A DNA stretch of 64,000 bases, taken from the NCBI GenBank assembly GCA_052327205.1, contig CM126230.1, forward strand, positions 12,462,001 to 12,526,000, in the 5' to 3' direction. The position numbers and the translations under genes are program-made. The notes under the pieces were generated by a model, which saw only the letters and a list, made by a program, of their open reading frames with translations, was not told where the DNA came from and did not search any database. Below, piece by piece: positions 35,615-52,364 of this stretch; the stretch's first letter is position 1, and each line of letters starts with the position of its first letter. The stretch is from Somniosus microcephalus. Lineage: Eukaryota.

Positions 35615-38600
35615 ACAGGTAGAGTGTACTGCAGAAACACAGGTAGAACATTCTACAGGAAAATAGGTGGACCATTCTACAGAAACACAGGTAGACCATT
35701 CAACAGGATCGCAGGTAGACCATTCTGCAGGAACATAGGTAGATAATTCTATAGGAACACAGGTAGAGCATTCCACAGGAACACATGTAGACCATTCTAC
35801 AGGAACTCTAGTAGACTATACCACAGGAACACAGGTAGACCATTGAATAGGAACAAAGGTAGAAGGTTCTACAGGAACACAGGTAGAACATTGTATCGCA
35901 ACATAGGTGGACCATCAAACTGAAACACAGGTAATGCACTGTACAGGAACACAGGTAGATTATTCTACAGGAAGATAGGCAGGCAATTCTATGGGAACAC
36001 TGGTAGACCATTCCACAGACACACAGGTAGACCATTCAACAGGAACAAAGGTAGAATATTCTACAGCAACATAGGTAGACCATTCTACTGGAAAACAGGT
36101 AGAATATTGCATGGGAACAGAGTTAAACTATTCTACAGGAACACAGGTATACCATTCCACAGAAATGCAGGTAGACCATTCTATAGGTACACAGGTAGAC
36201 AATTCTAAAGGAACACAGGTAGAACATTGTACAGTAACACATGTAGACCATTCTTCTGAAACACAGGTAGATCGTTCTACAGTAACATATGTAGACCATT
36301 CTACAGGAACACAGGTAGACCATTCTACAGGAACACAGTTAGAATGTTCTACAAGGACATTTGTAGAACATTCTACAGAAGAACAGGTAGGCAATTCTAC
36401 AGGGAGACAGGGAGAACAATCTATAGCAACTTAGGTAGATTATTCTACATAAACACAGGTAGACCATTCTACAGGAACACAGGTAGAACGTTCTACAAGA
36501 ACATAGGTAGAAATTTCTATGAGAACAGATGTAGCCCATTCTACAGGAATACAAGTAAAGCATACTACAGAAACACATGTGTGCCATTCTAATGGAACAC
36601 AGGTAGACCCTCCCACTGAAACAAAGGTAGACCATTCTACAGGAACACAGGTAGCTCATTCTATAGAAACACATGTAGATCATTCTTAAGAAACACAGAT
36701 AGACCATTCTTAAGAAACACAGGTAGACCATTCTACTGGAACATAGGTAGACAATTCTATGGGAATACAGGTAGACCATTCCACAGGAACACAGGTAGAT
36801 CATTCTGCAGGAACACAGGTTGAAAATTTTACAGGAAGATAGGTAGCCCATTCTACAGAAACACAGGTAGACCGTTCTACAGGAACACATGTAGACAATT
36901 CTACAGGAACACAGGTAGACCATTCTACAGGAACACATGTAGACCATTCTACATTAACACAGATAGACCATTCTACAATACCACAGGAGAACATTCTACA
37001 GGAACTTAGGTAGATCATTCTACAGAAGCACAGGTAGACTATTTTAGAGGAAAATAGCTAAACCATTCCATAGAAACACAGATAGAGCATCCGACAGACA
37101 TACAGGTAGATGATTCTACAGAAACACAGATAGACCATCCCACTGCATCAAAGGTAGACCATTCTACAGGAACACAGGTAGACCATTCCACAGGAACACA
37201 GGTAGACCATTCTACAGGAACACAGGCAGATCATTCTGCAGTAACACAGGTGGACCATTGCATAGGAACACAGGTAGACAAGTCCACAGGAACACAGGTA
37301 GATCATTGTACAGGAACACAGGTAGATCATTCTACAGGAGTACAGCTACACCATTCTACAGGAACAAAGGTGGACCATTCTATCAAAACAAAGGTAGACC
37401 ATTCTACAGGAACAGTGCTAGACCATTCTACAGGACACAGGTAGAACATTCTACAGGAACATAGCTAGATCATTCTACAGCAACACTGGTAGACAATTCT
37501 ACACGAGCATAGTTAGACAATTCTGTGGGAACACAGGTAGCCCATTCCGCAGGAACACAGGTAGAGCGTACTACAGAAACACAGGTAGAACCTATACAGG
37601 AACACAAGTAGATCAAGCCACAGGAACAGAGGTAGACCATTGTATAGGAACACAGGTAGATGATTCTACAGAAACACAGGTAGAGCATTCTACAGGAACA
37701 CATTCAGAATGTTCTACAGGAACATTGGTAGAACATTCTAGAGAAACACAGGTAGACCATTCTACAGGAACACAGTCAGAATGTTCTACAGGAACATTGG
37801 TAGAACATTCTAGACAAACACAGGTAGATAATTCTACAGGAGCACAGGTAGACCGTTCCGTAGGAACACAGGTAGAGCATCCTACAGACATGCAGGTAGA
37901 CCATTGTACAGGAATACAAGTAGACAATTGCATAGGAAAACAGGTAGACCATTCTACAGGAACACAGGTAGATGATTCTACAGGAAAACAGGCAGATGAT
38001 TCTACAGCAACATAGATAGACCATGCTACTGCAACAAAGATAGACCATTCTACTGGAACACAGGTAGACCAATCTACAGGAACACAGGTAGAACATTCCA
38101 AAAGAACACAGGTAGACCATTCCAAAAGAACACAGGTAGACCATTCCACAGTAAAACTGGTGGACCATTGCTTAGGAACACAATAGGCAATTCCACAGGA
38201 ACACAGGTAGATCATTCTACAGGAACACAAGTAGACCATTCTACAGGAACACAGTTAGACCATTCTACATGAACACAGGTAGTTCATCCTACTGAAACAC
38301 TGACAGAGCATTCTACATGAACACAGGTAGACCATTCTACAGGAACACAGGTAGAACATTCTACAGGAACTTGGATATATGGTTCTACAGGAACATAGGT
38401 AGACAATTGCATAGGAAAACAGGTAGATGATTCTACAGGAAAACCGGTAGACGATTCTACAGAAACACACATAGACCATCGTACTGCAACAAAGGTATAA
38501 CTTTCTACAGGAACACAGGCAGAACAATCTACAGGAATACAGGTAGAGCATTCTACAGGAGCACAGGTAGAACATCCTATGGAAACAAAGGTAGAACATT

Positions 38601-41600
38601 CTTCTGGAACACAGACAGACCTTCCTACCAATACAAAGGTAGACCATTCTTCAGGAATAGAGGAAGATCAGTCTACAGGAACACAGGTATAAAATTCTAC
38701 AGGAACGCAGGTAGGTCAGTCTGCAGGAACACAGGTAGATCTTTCTGCAAGAACACTGGTAGAATATTCTACAGGAACATTGATAGACCATTCTACAGAA
38801 GCATAGGTAGACCATTCTAAAGGAACATAGGTAGATCATTCTACAGGAACACAGGTAGACCATTCCACAGGAACAAAGTTGGAGCATCCTAAAAAAACAC
38901 AGGTAGACCATCCTCCTGAAACACATAGGGACCATCCTATCAAAACAATGGTAGACCTTTCTACAGGAACAGAGGAAGACCAGTCTACAGAAACACAGGT
39001 AGATCATTCTACAGGCTCCTTTGTAGACAATTCAATGGGAAAACAGGTAGACAATTCCACATGCACTCAGGTAGAGCATCCTACAGAAATGCAGGTATAA
39101 CATTCTACAGGAACAAAGGAAGACAATTGCATAGGAATACAGGTAGACCAGTCTACAGGAACATAGGTAGATCATTCTGCAGGAACACAGGTAGGACATT
39201 CTACAGGAACATTGAGAGACCATTCTACAGGAACACAGGTAGAGCATTCTACAGGAACACAGGTAGACCATTCCACAGGAACAAAGGTAGAGCATCCTAC
39301 AGAAACACAGATAGACCATTCTACTGAAACACAGATATACCATCCTACCGAAACAACGGCAGACCATTCTACAGGAACAAAGGAAGACCAGTCAACAGGA
39401 ACACAGGTACATCATTCTGCAGGATCATTGGTAGACGTTTCTATGAGAACAAAGGTAGACCATTCCACATGCACTCAGGTAGAGCATCCTACAGAAAAGC
39501 AGGTATAACATTCTACAGGAACACAGGTAGACAATTGCATAGGAATACAGGGAGAACATTCTCCAGGAAAACTGTTAGGTGTTTCTACAGGAAAACAGGT
39601 AGACAATTCTACAGAAACACAGAGAGACCATCCTACTGCAACAAAGGTATACCTTTCTACAGGAACACGGGTAGAACAATCTACAGGAATACAGGTAGAG
39701 CATTCTACAGGAACACAGATAGACCTTCCCACCAAAACAAAGGTAGACCATTCTTCAGGAACAGAGGAAGATCAGTCTACAGGAACACAGGTATAAAATT
39801 CTACAGGAATGCAGGTAGGTCATTCTACAGGAACACAGGTAGATCGTTCTGCAAGAACACAGGTAGAACATTCTACAGGAACATTGATAGACCAATCTAC
39901 AGAAGCACAGGTAGACCATTCTACAGGAACACACGTAGATGATTCTACAGGAATACAGGTAGACCGTTCCACAGAAACAAAGTTAGAGCATCCTACAGAA
40001 ACACAGGTAGACCATTCTACAGGAACAGAGGAAGACCAGTCTACTGAAACACAGGTAGATAATTCTACAGGATCCTTGGTAGACAATTCTATGGGAACAC
40101 AGGTAGACCATTCCACATGCACTCAAGTAGAGCATCCTACAAAAATGCAGGTATAACATTCTACAGGAACACAGGTAGACAATTGCATAGGAATACAGGT
40201 AGATCATTCTACAGGAACACAGGTAGTTAATTATACAGGAACACAAGTAGTCCATTCCACAGGAACATAGGCACAGCATCCTACAGAAACACAGGTTGAC
40301 CATTCTACTGAAACACAGATAGACCTTCCTACCGAAACAAAGGTAGACAATTCTACAGGAACACAGGAAGATCATTCTACAGGAACACAGGTAGACCATT
40401 CTTCAGGAACACAGGTAGATCATTCTGCAGGAATACAGGTAGAAAATTCTACAGGGACATTGATAGACCATTCTACAGAAGCACAGGTGGACAATTCTAC
40501 AGGAACACAGGTAGACCATTCTACAGGAACACAGGTAGACCATTCCACAGGAACAAAGTTGCAGCATCCTACAGAAATACCGGTAGACTATCCTACTGAA
40601 ACACAGATAGACCATCCTACCAAAACAACGGTAGACCATTCTATAGGAACAGAGGAAGGCCAGTCTACAGGAACACAGGTATACCATTCCACATGCACTC
40701 AGGTAGAGCATCCTACAGAAATGCAGGTATAACATTCTACAGGAACACAGGTAGACAATTGCGTAGGTGTACAGGTAGACCAGTCTACAGGAACATAGGT
40801 AGATGATTCTACAGGAACACAGGTAGACCATTCTAAAGGAACACAGGTAGATAATTCTGCAGGAACACAGGTAGAACATTCTACAGGAACATTGATAGAC
40901 CATTCTACAGAAGCACAGGTAGTCCATTCTACAGGAACACAGGCAGAACATTCTACAGGAACACAGGTAGACCATTCCACAGGAACAAAGTTAGAGCATC
41001 CTACAGAAACACAGGCAGCCCATTCTACTGAAGCAATGGTAGACCATTCTACAGGAACAGAGGAAGACCAGTCTACAGAAACACCGGTAGATCATTCTAC
41101 AAGATCATTGGTAGACAGTGCTATGGGAACAAAGGTAGACCATTCCACATGCACTAAGGTAGAGCATCCAACAGAAATGCAGGTATAACATTCTATAGGA
41201 ACACAGGTAGACAATTGCATAGGAATACAGGTAGTCCATTCTACAGGAAAACAGGTAGATGATTCTACAGGAAAACAGGTAGGCGATTCTACAGAAACAC
41301 AGATAGACCATCCTACTTCAACAAAGGTATACCTTTCTACAGGAACACATGTAGAACAATCTACAGGAATACAGGTAGAGCATTCTACAGGAACACAGGT
41401 AGATCATCCTACACAAACAAAGGTAGAACATTCTACTTGAACACAGATAGACCTTCCTACCAAAACTAAGGTAGACCATTCTTCAGGAACAGAGGAAGAT
41501 TATTCTACAAGAACACACGTATAACATTCTACAGGAACGCAGGTAGGTCATTCTATAGGAACACAGGTAGATCATTCTGCAAGAACACAGGTAGAACATT

Positions 41601-44600
41601 CTACAGGAACATTGATAGACCAATCTACAGAAGCGCAGGTAGACCATTCTACAGGAATACACGTAGACCATTCTATAGGAACACAGGTAGACCATTCCAC
41701 AGGAACAAAGTTAGAGCACCCTACAGAAACACAGGTTGACCATTCTACTGAAACACAGATAGACCTTCCTACTGAAACACAGGTAGACCATTCTACAGGA
41801 ACGCAGGAAGATCATTCTACAGGAACACAGGTAGACCAGTCTACAGAAGCACAGGTAGACAACTCTATAGCAACACAGGCGAAGCATTCTACAGGAAGAA
41901 AGGAAGACCATTCCACAAAAACACAGTTAGACCATTCTATAGGAACAAAGGTAAAACATTCAACAGGAATATATGTTGACCATTCTACAAAAACACTGGT
42001 AGTCCATTCTACAGGAACATAGGTAGTTAATTCTACAGAAACACATGTAGTCAATTGCACAGGAACATAGGCACAGTATTCTACAGGAATACAGTTGGAC
42101 CATTCTAATGAAACACAGATAGACCTACCTAAAGAAACAAAGGTAGACCACTCTACAGGAACACAGGAAGATCAGTCTATAGGAACACAGGTAGAACCTT
42201 CTACAGGAACATTGATAAACCATTCTACTGAAGCACAGACAGCCCATTTTACAGGAACAAAGGTAGACCATTCCACAGGAACAAAGGTAGAGCATCCTAC
42301 AGAAACACAGGTAGACCATTCTACTGAAACACAGATAGAACATCCTACCAAAACAATGGTAGACCATTCTACAGGAACAGAGGATGACCAGTCTACAGAA
42401 ATACAGGTAGATCATTCTACAGGATCATTGGTAGACAGTTCTATGGGAACACGGATGGACCATTCCACATGCACTCTGTTAGAGCATCCTACAGAAATGC
42501 AGGTATAACATTCTACATGAACACAGATAGACAATTGCATTGTAATACAGGTAGAACATTCTACAGGAAAACAGGTAGATGATTCTACTGGAAAACAGGC
42601 AGACGATTCTACAGAAACACAGACAGACCATCCTACTTCAACAAAGGTATACCTTTCTACAGGAACACAGGTAGACCATTCCACGGGAACAAAGGTAGAG
42701 CATCCTACAGAAACACAGGTAGACCATTCTACTGAAACAGATAGACCATCCTGCCAAAACAATGGTAGACCATTCTACAGGAACAGAGGAAGACCAGTCT
42801 ACAGAAACACCGGTAGATCTTTCTACAGGATCATTGCTAGACAGTTCTATGGGAACAAAGGTAGACCATTCCACATGCACTCAGGTAGAGCATCCAACAG
42901 AAATGCAGGTATAACATTCTACAGGAACACAGGTAGACAATTGCATAGGAATACAGGGAGACCATTCTATGGTAGATGATTCTACAGGAAAACAGGTGGA
43001 GGATTCTACAGGGACACTGGTAGACCAGTCAACAGGAACACAGTTAGGGCATTCCACAGGAACACAGGTGGACTATTCCACAGGAGTAGAGGTAGACCAT
43101 TCTACAGGAACACAGGTAAAGCATTCTACAGGAGCACAGGTAGACAATTTCGCAAAAACACAGTTAGACCATTCTAGAGGAACGAAGGTAGAACATTCTA
43201 CAGGAACACAGGCAGATCATTCCACAGAAACAAAGGTAGAGCATTCTACAGAAACACAGGTAGACCATTCTACTGAAACACAGATAGACCATCCTACCAA
43301 AACAACGGCAGACCATTCTACAGGAACAGAGGGAGACCAGGCTACAGAAACACAGGTAGGTCATTCTACAGGGTCATTGGTAGACAATTCTATGGGAACA
43401 CAGGTAGACCATTCCACATGCAATCAGGTAGAGCATCCTACAGAAATGCAGGTATAACATTCTACAGAAGCACAGGTAGACAATTGCATAGGAATACAGG
43501 TAGATCATTCTACAGGAAAACAGGTAGATGATTCTACAGGAAAACAGGTAGACAATTCTACAGAAACACAGATAGAACATCCTACTGTAACAAAGGTATT
43601 CCTTTTTACATGAACACAGGTAGACCAACCTACTGAAACAAAGGTAGACCATTCTACAGGAACACAGGTAGACCATTCAACAGGAAAACAGGTAGAACAT
43701 TCCAGAGGAACACAGGTAGACCCTTCTACAGGAACAGTGGAAGAGCAGTCTACAGAAACACAGGTAGTTCATTCTACAGTATCATTGGTAGACAATTCTA
43801 TGGGAACACAGGTAGACCATTCCACATGCACTCAGGTAGAGCATCCTACGGAAATGCAGGTACAACATTGTACAGGAACACAGGTAGACAATTGCATAGG
43901 AATACAGGTAGACCATTCTACATTATACATGAACACAGGGGGAACATTCTACAAGAACACTTGTAGACCATTCTGCAGGAACACAAGTAGATCATTCTAC
44001 AGGAACATAGGTAGACAATTCAATGGGAACACAGGTAGACCATTCAACAAGAACTTAGGTACTGTATGCTACAGAAACACAGATAGAACATTCTATAGAA
44101 AAACAGGTAGACCATTCTACAGGAACACAGGTTGACATATTTATAGGAACACAGGTAGATGACTCTACAGGAACACATGTAGACAATTCTACAGGCGCAC
44201 AAGTAGAATATTGCATAGCAACACCGGTAAACCATTCTACAAGAACACATGTATACCATTCTACAGGAACAAAGATATGCCATTCTACAGGAACACAAGC
44301 AGGCCAATCTGAGGAACACAGGTGGAGCATTCCACAGGAACACAGGTAGAACATTCTACAGGAACATTGATAGACCAATCTACAGAAGCACGGGTAGAAC
44401 ATTCTACAGGAACACAGGTAGACCATTCTACAGGAACACAGGTAGACCATTCCACAGGAACATAGGTAGAGCATCCTACAGAAACGCAGGTAGACCATTC
44501 CACTGAAACACAGATAGACCATCCTACCGAAACAACATAAACCATTCTACAGTTACAGAGGAAGAACAGTCTACAGGAACACAGGTAGACCATTCTACAG

Positions 44601-47600
44601 GAACACAGGTAGACCATTCCACAGGAACAAAGGTAGAGCATCCTACGGAAACACAGGTAGTCCATTCTACAGGAACACAGGTAGACAATTCTACAGGAAC
44701 ACAGGTAGAACATGCTACAGGAACATAAGTAGTCAATTCTACAGGAACACAGGTACACCATTCTACAGGAACACAGGTAGACCATTCCACAGGAACATAG
44801 GTAGAGCATCCTACAGAAACACAGGTTGACCATTCTACTGAAGCACAGATAGACCATCCTACCAAAACACCGGTAGACCATTCTACAGGAACACAGGTAG
44901 ACCATCCTACTGAAACACTGGCAGAACATTCTACAGGAACACAGGCAGAACATTCTACAGGAACACAGGTAGAACATTCTACAGGAACACAGGTAGACAA
45001 TTCTATAGGAACACAGGTAGTCAATTCTACAGGAACACAGGTAGAGAAGCTTACAGACACACAGGAAGACCATTCTACAGGAAAAATGTTAGACCACTTT
45101 ACAGCAACACAGGTAGTCCATTCCACAGGAATATAATCACAGCATCCTACAGAAACACAGGTTGACCATTCTACTTAAACTCAGATAGTCCTTCCTACCG
45201 AAACACATTCTAGAGGAACACAGTTAGATCATTCTACAGGAACACAGGTAGAACATTCTACAGGAACATTGATAGACCATTCCACAGAAGCACAGGTAGA
45301 TCATTCTACAGGAACACAGGTAGATCATTCTACGGGAACACAGGTCAACCATTCCACAGAAACACAGGTAGAAAATTCCACAGGAACATAGGTGGAGCAT
45401 CGTACAGAAACACAGGTAGACCATTCTACAGAAACACAGATAGACGATGCTACCGAAACAATGGTAGACCATTCTACAGGAACAGAGTAAGACCAGTCTA
45501 CAGAAAAACAGGTAGATCATTCTACAGGAACACAGGTAGACTATCCTACCAAAACACTGGCAGAGCATTTTACAGGAAAACAGGTAGAAAATTCTACAGG
45601 AACACAGGTAAAGAATCCCACTGAAACAGTGGCAGAGCATTCTACAGGAACACAGGTAGAGCATTCTACAGGAACACAGGTAGACCATTCTACAGGAACA
45701 TAGGTAGTCAATTCAATGGGAACACAGGTAGACTATTTCACAGGAAGAGAGTAAGAGCATCCTACAGAAACACAGGTAGACCATTGCATAGGAACACAGG
45801 TAAACAATTCTATGGGAACACAGGTAGACCATTCTATGGGAACAAAGGTAGACCATTGTACAAGAACATTGATAGACCATTCTGCAGAAGCACAGGCAGA
45901 CCATTCTACAGGAACACAGGTAGACCATTCCACTGGAACATAGTAGAGCTTCCAATAGAAACACAGGCAGTCCATTCTACTGAAACACAGATAGACCATC
46001 CTACTGAAACAGTGGTAGACCAATCTACAGGAACACAGGAAGACTAGTCTACAGAAACACAGTTAAACCATTCTACAGGAACACAGGTAGACCATCCTAC
46101 TGAGAAACTGGCAGAGCATTCTAAAAGAACATAGGTAGAACATTCTACAGGAGCACAGGTAGAACATTCTACAGGAACACAGGTGGAGCATTCTACAGGA
46201 ACATAGGTAGACAATTCTATGGGAACACAGGTAGAAAATTTTACAGGAACAATGGTAGACCATTCTACAGAAGCCCAGATAGACCATTCCACAAAAACAC
46301 CAGTAGACCATTCTATACGAACATGGGAAGAACATTCCGCAGGAACATAGGTTGAACATACTACAGTAACACAGGTAGACCATTCTGCAGGAACACAGGT
46401 AGAACATTCTACAGGAACACATGTAGACCATTCTGCAGTAACACAGGTAGAACATTCTACAGGAACATTGGTAGACCATTCTACAAAAGCCCAGGTAGAA
46501 CATTCTACAGCAACACAGCTAAAGCATTCTACAGGAACAAAGGTAGACCATCCACAAAAACATAGGTAGAGCATTCTTAAGGAATCTGGGAAGAACATTC
46601 TACAGGAACACAGGTAGACCATTCAACAGGAAAACAGATAGTCAATTCTACAGGAACACAGGTAGATCATTCTACAGGAACACGGGTAGACCATCCTATT
46701 GAAACACTGATAGAGCATTCTACAGGAACACAGGTAGACCATGCTTCAGGAACACAGGTAGACTATTCCACAGGGACACAGGTAGATCATTCTACAGGAG
46801 CATAGATAGACAATTCTATGGGAACAAAGGTAGAACATTGTACAGGAACATTGGTAGAACATTCTTCAGAAGCACAGCTAGACAATTCTACAGGACCAAA
46901 GGTAGAACATTCTGCAGGAACATAGGTTGAACATTCTACAAAAACACAGGTAGACCATTCTACAGGAACACAGGCAGAACATTGCATAGGAACACTGGTA
47001 AACCATTCTACAGGAACAAAGGTAGACCATTCCACAGGTACACAGGTAGAACGTTCTACAGAATCATTGGTAGACCATTCTACAGAAGCCCAGGTAGACC
47101 ATTCCACAAAATCACAGGTAGACCATTCTACAGGAATACGGGAAGAACATTCCGCAGGAACATAGGTTGACCATTCTACAGTAACACAGGTAGACCATTC
47201 TAGAGGAACACAGGTAGATCATTCTACAGGAACACAGGTAGACCATCCTACTGAAACACTGATAGAGCAATCTACAGAATACAGGTGGACCATTCTACTG
47301 GAACACGGGAAGATCATTCTACAGGAACATAGGTTGACCAGGCTACAAGAACACAGGTAGAACCTTCTACTAGAACACAGGTAGACGATTCTACAGGAAT
47401 GCACATATACCATTGCATAGGAACACAGTTGGACCATCCTACTGAAACACAGGTAGACCATTCTACAGGAACACAGGTAGACCATTCTTCAGGAACACAG
47501 GTAGAACTTTTTATAGGAACACAGGTAGACCACTCCACAGGAACACTGGTAGGGCATCCTAGAGAAACACAGATAGACCATTCCACAGGAACACATGTAC

Positions 47601-50600
47601 AGAATTCTACAGGGACACAGGAAGCACATCCTAATTAAACACGGGCAGACCATTCTACAGGAACACAGGTGGACCAATCTACAGCAACACAAGTAAACAA
47701 TTCTATAAGAATACAGTTAGCTCACTCTACAGGAATATGGGCAGACCATTGCACAGGAACACAGATAGAACATTCTATAGTAACACAGGTAGACCTTTCT
47801 ACAGGAGCACAGGTAGACCATTGCATAGGAATACAGGTAGACCATTCTACAGGAACACAGGTAGATCTTTCTACAGGAACACAAGTAGACCATTCTACAG
47901 AAGCACAATTAGATCATTCTACAGGAAAATGGGCAGACCATTCTACAGGAACACAGGAAGACCATTGCATAGGAACAAAGGTAAACCATGCTACAGGAAC
48001 ACAGGTAGAACATTCTACAGGAACAGATGTAGATCATATAATAGCAACACAGGTAGAACATCCTACAGAAACACATGTAGGCCATTCTGCAGGAACTCAG
48101 GTAGACCATTCTACAGAAACACAGGTAGACCATTCTACAGGAACACAGATAGACAATTCTGCAGGAAAGCAGGCAGACCATTCTTCAGGAATACAGGTAG
48201 ATATTCAATAGTAACACAGGTAAACCATTCTTCAGGAACACAGGTAGACCATTCTGCAGGAACTCAGGTAGAACATTGCATAGGAACACAGGTAGGCCAT
48301 TCTACAGCAACACAGGTAGACCATTCCATAGGAGCACAGGTAGACAATTCTACAGAAACACAGGTGTACCATGCAACTGAAATACAGATACAACATCCTA
48401 CTGAAACAACGGTAGACCATTCTACAGGAACACAGGTAGTCCTTTCTACAGGAACACAGGTAGACCATTCTACAGGAACATAAGTAGACCATTCTACAGG
48501 AACACAGCAGCATTCTAGAGGAACATAGGTAGAACTTGATACAGGAACACAGATAGACAATTCTACAGAAATACAGTTAGACCATTCTACAGGAACACTG
48601 GTAGAACATTCTATAAGAACACAGCAAGACCATTCAACAGGAACACAGGTAGAACATTCTACAACAGCACAGGTAGGCCATTCTACAGGAACACAGGTAG
48701 ACCATTCTACAGGAACACAGGTAGGCCATTCTACAGGAACACAGGTAGGCCATTCTACAGGAACACAGGTAGGCCATTCTACAGGAACACAGGTAGACCA
48801 TTCTACAGGAACACATGTATTATATTCTATGATAACACAGGTAGAGCATTGTATAGGAACACAAGTAGTCCATTCTTCAGGAACACATGTATTTAATTCT
48901 ACAGGAACATAGGTAGACAATTCTATTGGAACACAGGTAACCATTCTACAGGAACACAGGTAGAGCATCCTACAGAAACACAGGTAGACCATTCTTCAGG
49001 AGCACAGGTAACCATTCTACAGGAACATAGATAGAACATTCTACAGGAACACAGGTACAACATTCTATAGGAACATGGGTAGAACATGATACAGGAACAC
49101 AGGTAGACAATTTTACAGAAATACAGTTTGACCATTCTACAGGAACACAGGTAGACCATTCTACAGGAACACAGGTAGACCATTCTACAGGAACACAGGT
49201 AGACCATTCTATAGGAACACAGGTGGAACATTCTATAGGAACACAAGTAGATCATTCCACAGGAACATAGGTAGAACATTCTACAGCAGCACAGGTAGAC
49301 CACTGCAATAGAACGAAGGTCGACCATTCTAAAGTAACACAGGTAGACTATTCTACAGGAACACAGGTAAACCATTCTACAGGAACACAGGTTGAAAATT
49401 CTATAGTAACACAGGTAGACGATTCTACAGGAATGCTGGTATTATATTCTATTGTAACACAGGTACATCGTTCTCCAGGAACACAGGTAGATTATTGCAT
49501 AGGAACACATGTAGACCATTCTTCATGAACAAAGGTAGAACATTCATAAGGAACGCATATAGACCATTGCCTAGGAACACAGTTGGACAATCCTACTGAA
49601 ACACAGGTAAATGATTCTACAGGAAGACAGGTAGACCATCCTACAGGAACATAGGTAGACCATTCTATAGGAACTCAGGTGGACCATTCCACAGGAACAC
49701 AGGTAGAGCATCCAAGAGAAACACAGTTAGACCATTCCACAGGAACACAGGTACAGCATCCAAGAGAAACACAGCTACAACATTCTACAGGAACACAGGT
49801 AGACCATGCTATAAGAACACAGGTAGACAATTCTATAGGTACACAGGTAGATCATTCTACAGGAGCATAGGTATACCATTCTAATAGAACATAGGTAGAC
49901 CATTCGACAGGAACATAGGTAGACCATTCTACAGGAACACTGGTAGACCATTCTATATGAACACAGGTAGTCCATTCCAAAGGTACACAGGTAGATCATA
50001 CTACAGGAACACTGGTTGACCAATCTATAGGACCTCAGGTAGACCATCCTATAGAAACACAGGTAGACCATTCTACAGGAACATAGGCAGACCATGCTAC
50101 AGGAACACAGGTAGAACATTCTACAGGTATACGGTTTGTCCATTCTCCAGGAGCACAGATAGAGCATTTCACAGGAAAACAGATAGACCATTCTACAGGA
50201 ACACATGTTGACTAATTCCAAAGGAACTCAGGTAGACCATTCTACCAGAACACATGGAGACCATTCTGCAGGATAACAGAAAGATCATCCTAAATAAACA
50301 CAATGTAGACCATTCTACAGGAACACAGGTAGACCATTCTACAGGAAAACAGGCTTACCCTTCTATAGGAACACAGATATAACATTCTGCAGGAATAGAG
50401 GTAGACCATTCTACAGAAATACAGGTAGACCATTCCAAAGGAAAACATGTTGACCATTCTAGAGAATCACAGGTAGAACATTCTACAGGTACACAGGTAG
50501 ACCAACATAGAGGAACTCAGGTGGACCATTCCACAGGAACACAGGTAGAGCATCCTAGAGTAGCACATATAGACCATTCCACAGGGAAACAGGTAGTGTA

Positions 50601-52364
50601 TTCTACAGAAATGCAGGTAGAACATTCTACAGCAACACAGGTAGACCATTCTGCAGGAATACAGGTAGACCATTCTACAGGAACACAGGTAGACAATTCC
50701 ATAAGTACACAGGTAGATCATTCTACAGGAGCATAAGCAGATCATTCTAATGGAACATAGGTAGACCATTCAACAGGAACATAGGTAGACTATTCCATAC
50801 AAACACAGGTAGTCCATTCCAAAGGAACACAGGTTGACCATTCTACAGGAACACTGGTTGACCAATGTATAGGACCTCAGGCAGACCATCCTATAGAATC
50901 ACAGGTAGAGAATTCTACAGGAACACAGGTAGAACATTCTACAGTTACACTATTTGGCCATTCTCCAGGAACACAGATAGAGCATTCCACAGGAAAACAG
51001 ATAGACCATTCTACAAGAACGCATGTTGACCAATTCCAAAGGAACTCAAGTAGACCATTCTACAGGAACACAGGTAGACCATTCTGCAGGATCAAAGATA
51101 GATCATCCTAAAGGAACACGATGTAGACCATTCTACAGGAACACAGGTAGACCATTCTGCAGGATCAAAGATAGATCATCCTAAAGGAACACGATGTAGA
51201 CCATTCTACAGGAACACAGGTAGACCATTCTGCAGGATCACAGGTAGACCATCCTAAAGGAACACAATGTAGACCATTCTACAGGAACACAGGTAGACCA
51301 TTCTACAGGAGCATAGAACACAGGTAGAACATTCCAATGGAACACAGGCAGGTCTACAGGAACACTGTTTGACCATTCTTCAGGAACAGAGATAGAGCAT
51401 GCCACAGGAAAACAGATAAACCATTCTACAGGAATGCATGTTGACCAATTCCAAACACAATGTAGACCATTCTACCAGAACACAGGTAGACCATTCTGCA
51501 GGATCAAAGATAGATCATCCTAAAGGAACACGATGTAGACCATTCTACAGGAACACAGGTAGACCATTCTGCAGGATCAAAGATAGATCATCCTAAAGGA
51601 ACACGATGTAGACCATTCTACAGGAACACAGGAAGACCATTCTGCAGGATCACAGATAGACCATCCTAAAGAAACACAATGTAGACCATTCTACAGGAAC
51701 ACAGATATAACCTTCTACAGGAACACATGTAGAACATTCTACAGGCACACAGGTAGTTCCTTCTATATGAACACAGGTAGAACATTCTACAGGCACACAG
51801 TTGGTTCCTTCTACATGAACACAGGTAGAACATTCTACAGGAACACAGTTAGACCATTCTACAGGATCACACATTGACCATTCTATAGGAGCACAGGTAG
51901 AACATGCTACAGGAACACAGGTTGACCATTCTACAGAAACAAAGTTAGACAATTCTACAGCACACAGTTCGACCTTTCTACCGGAAAACAAGCAGACTAT
52001 TCTATAAGAACATAGGTAGATCATTCTACAGGAACACAGGTAGACCATTCTATAAGAACACACCTAAACCATTCTACAGGAACAAAGGTAGATCATTCTA
52101 CAGGATCACAGGTAGACCATTCTACAGGAACAGGGGAACACCATTGCATAGGAACACAGGTAGACAATTCTGTATGTACACAGGAAGATCATTCTACAGG
52201 ACTAATAGGTAGACCATTCTAATGGAACATAGGTAGACCATTCGACAGGAACATAGGTAGATCATTCCAATGGAACACAGGTAGACAATTCTATATGTAC
52301 ACAGGTAGATCATTCTATAGGAGTAATAGGTAGACCATTTTAATGGAACATAGGTAGACCATTC

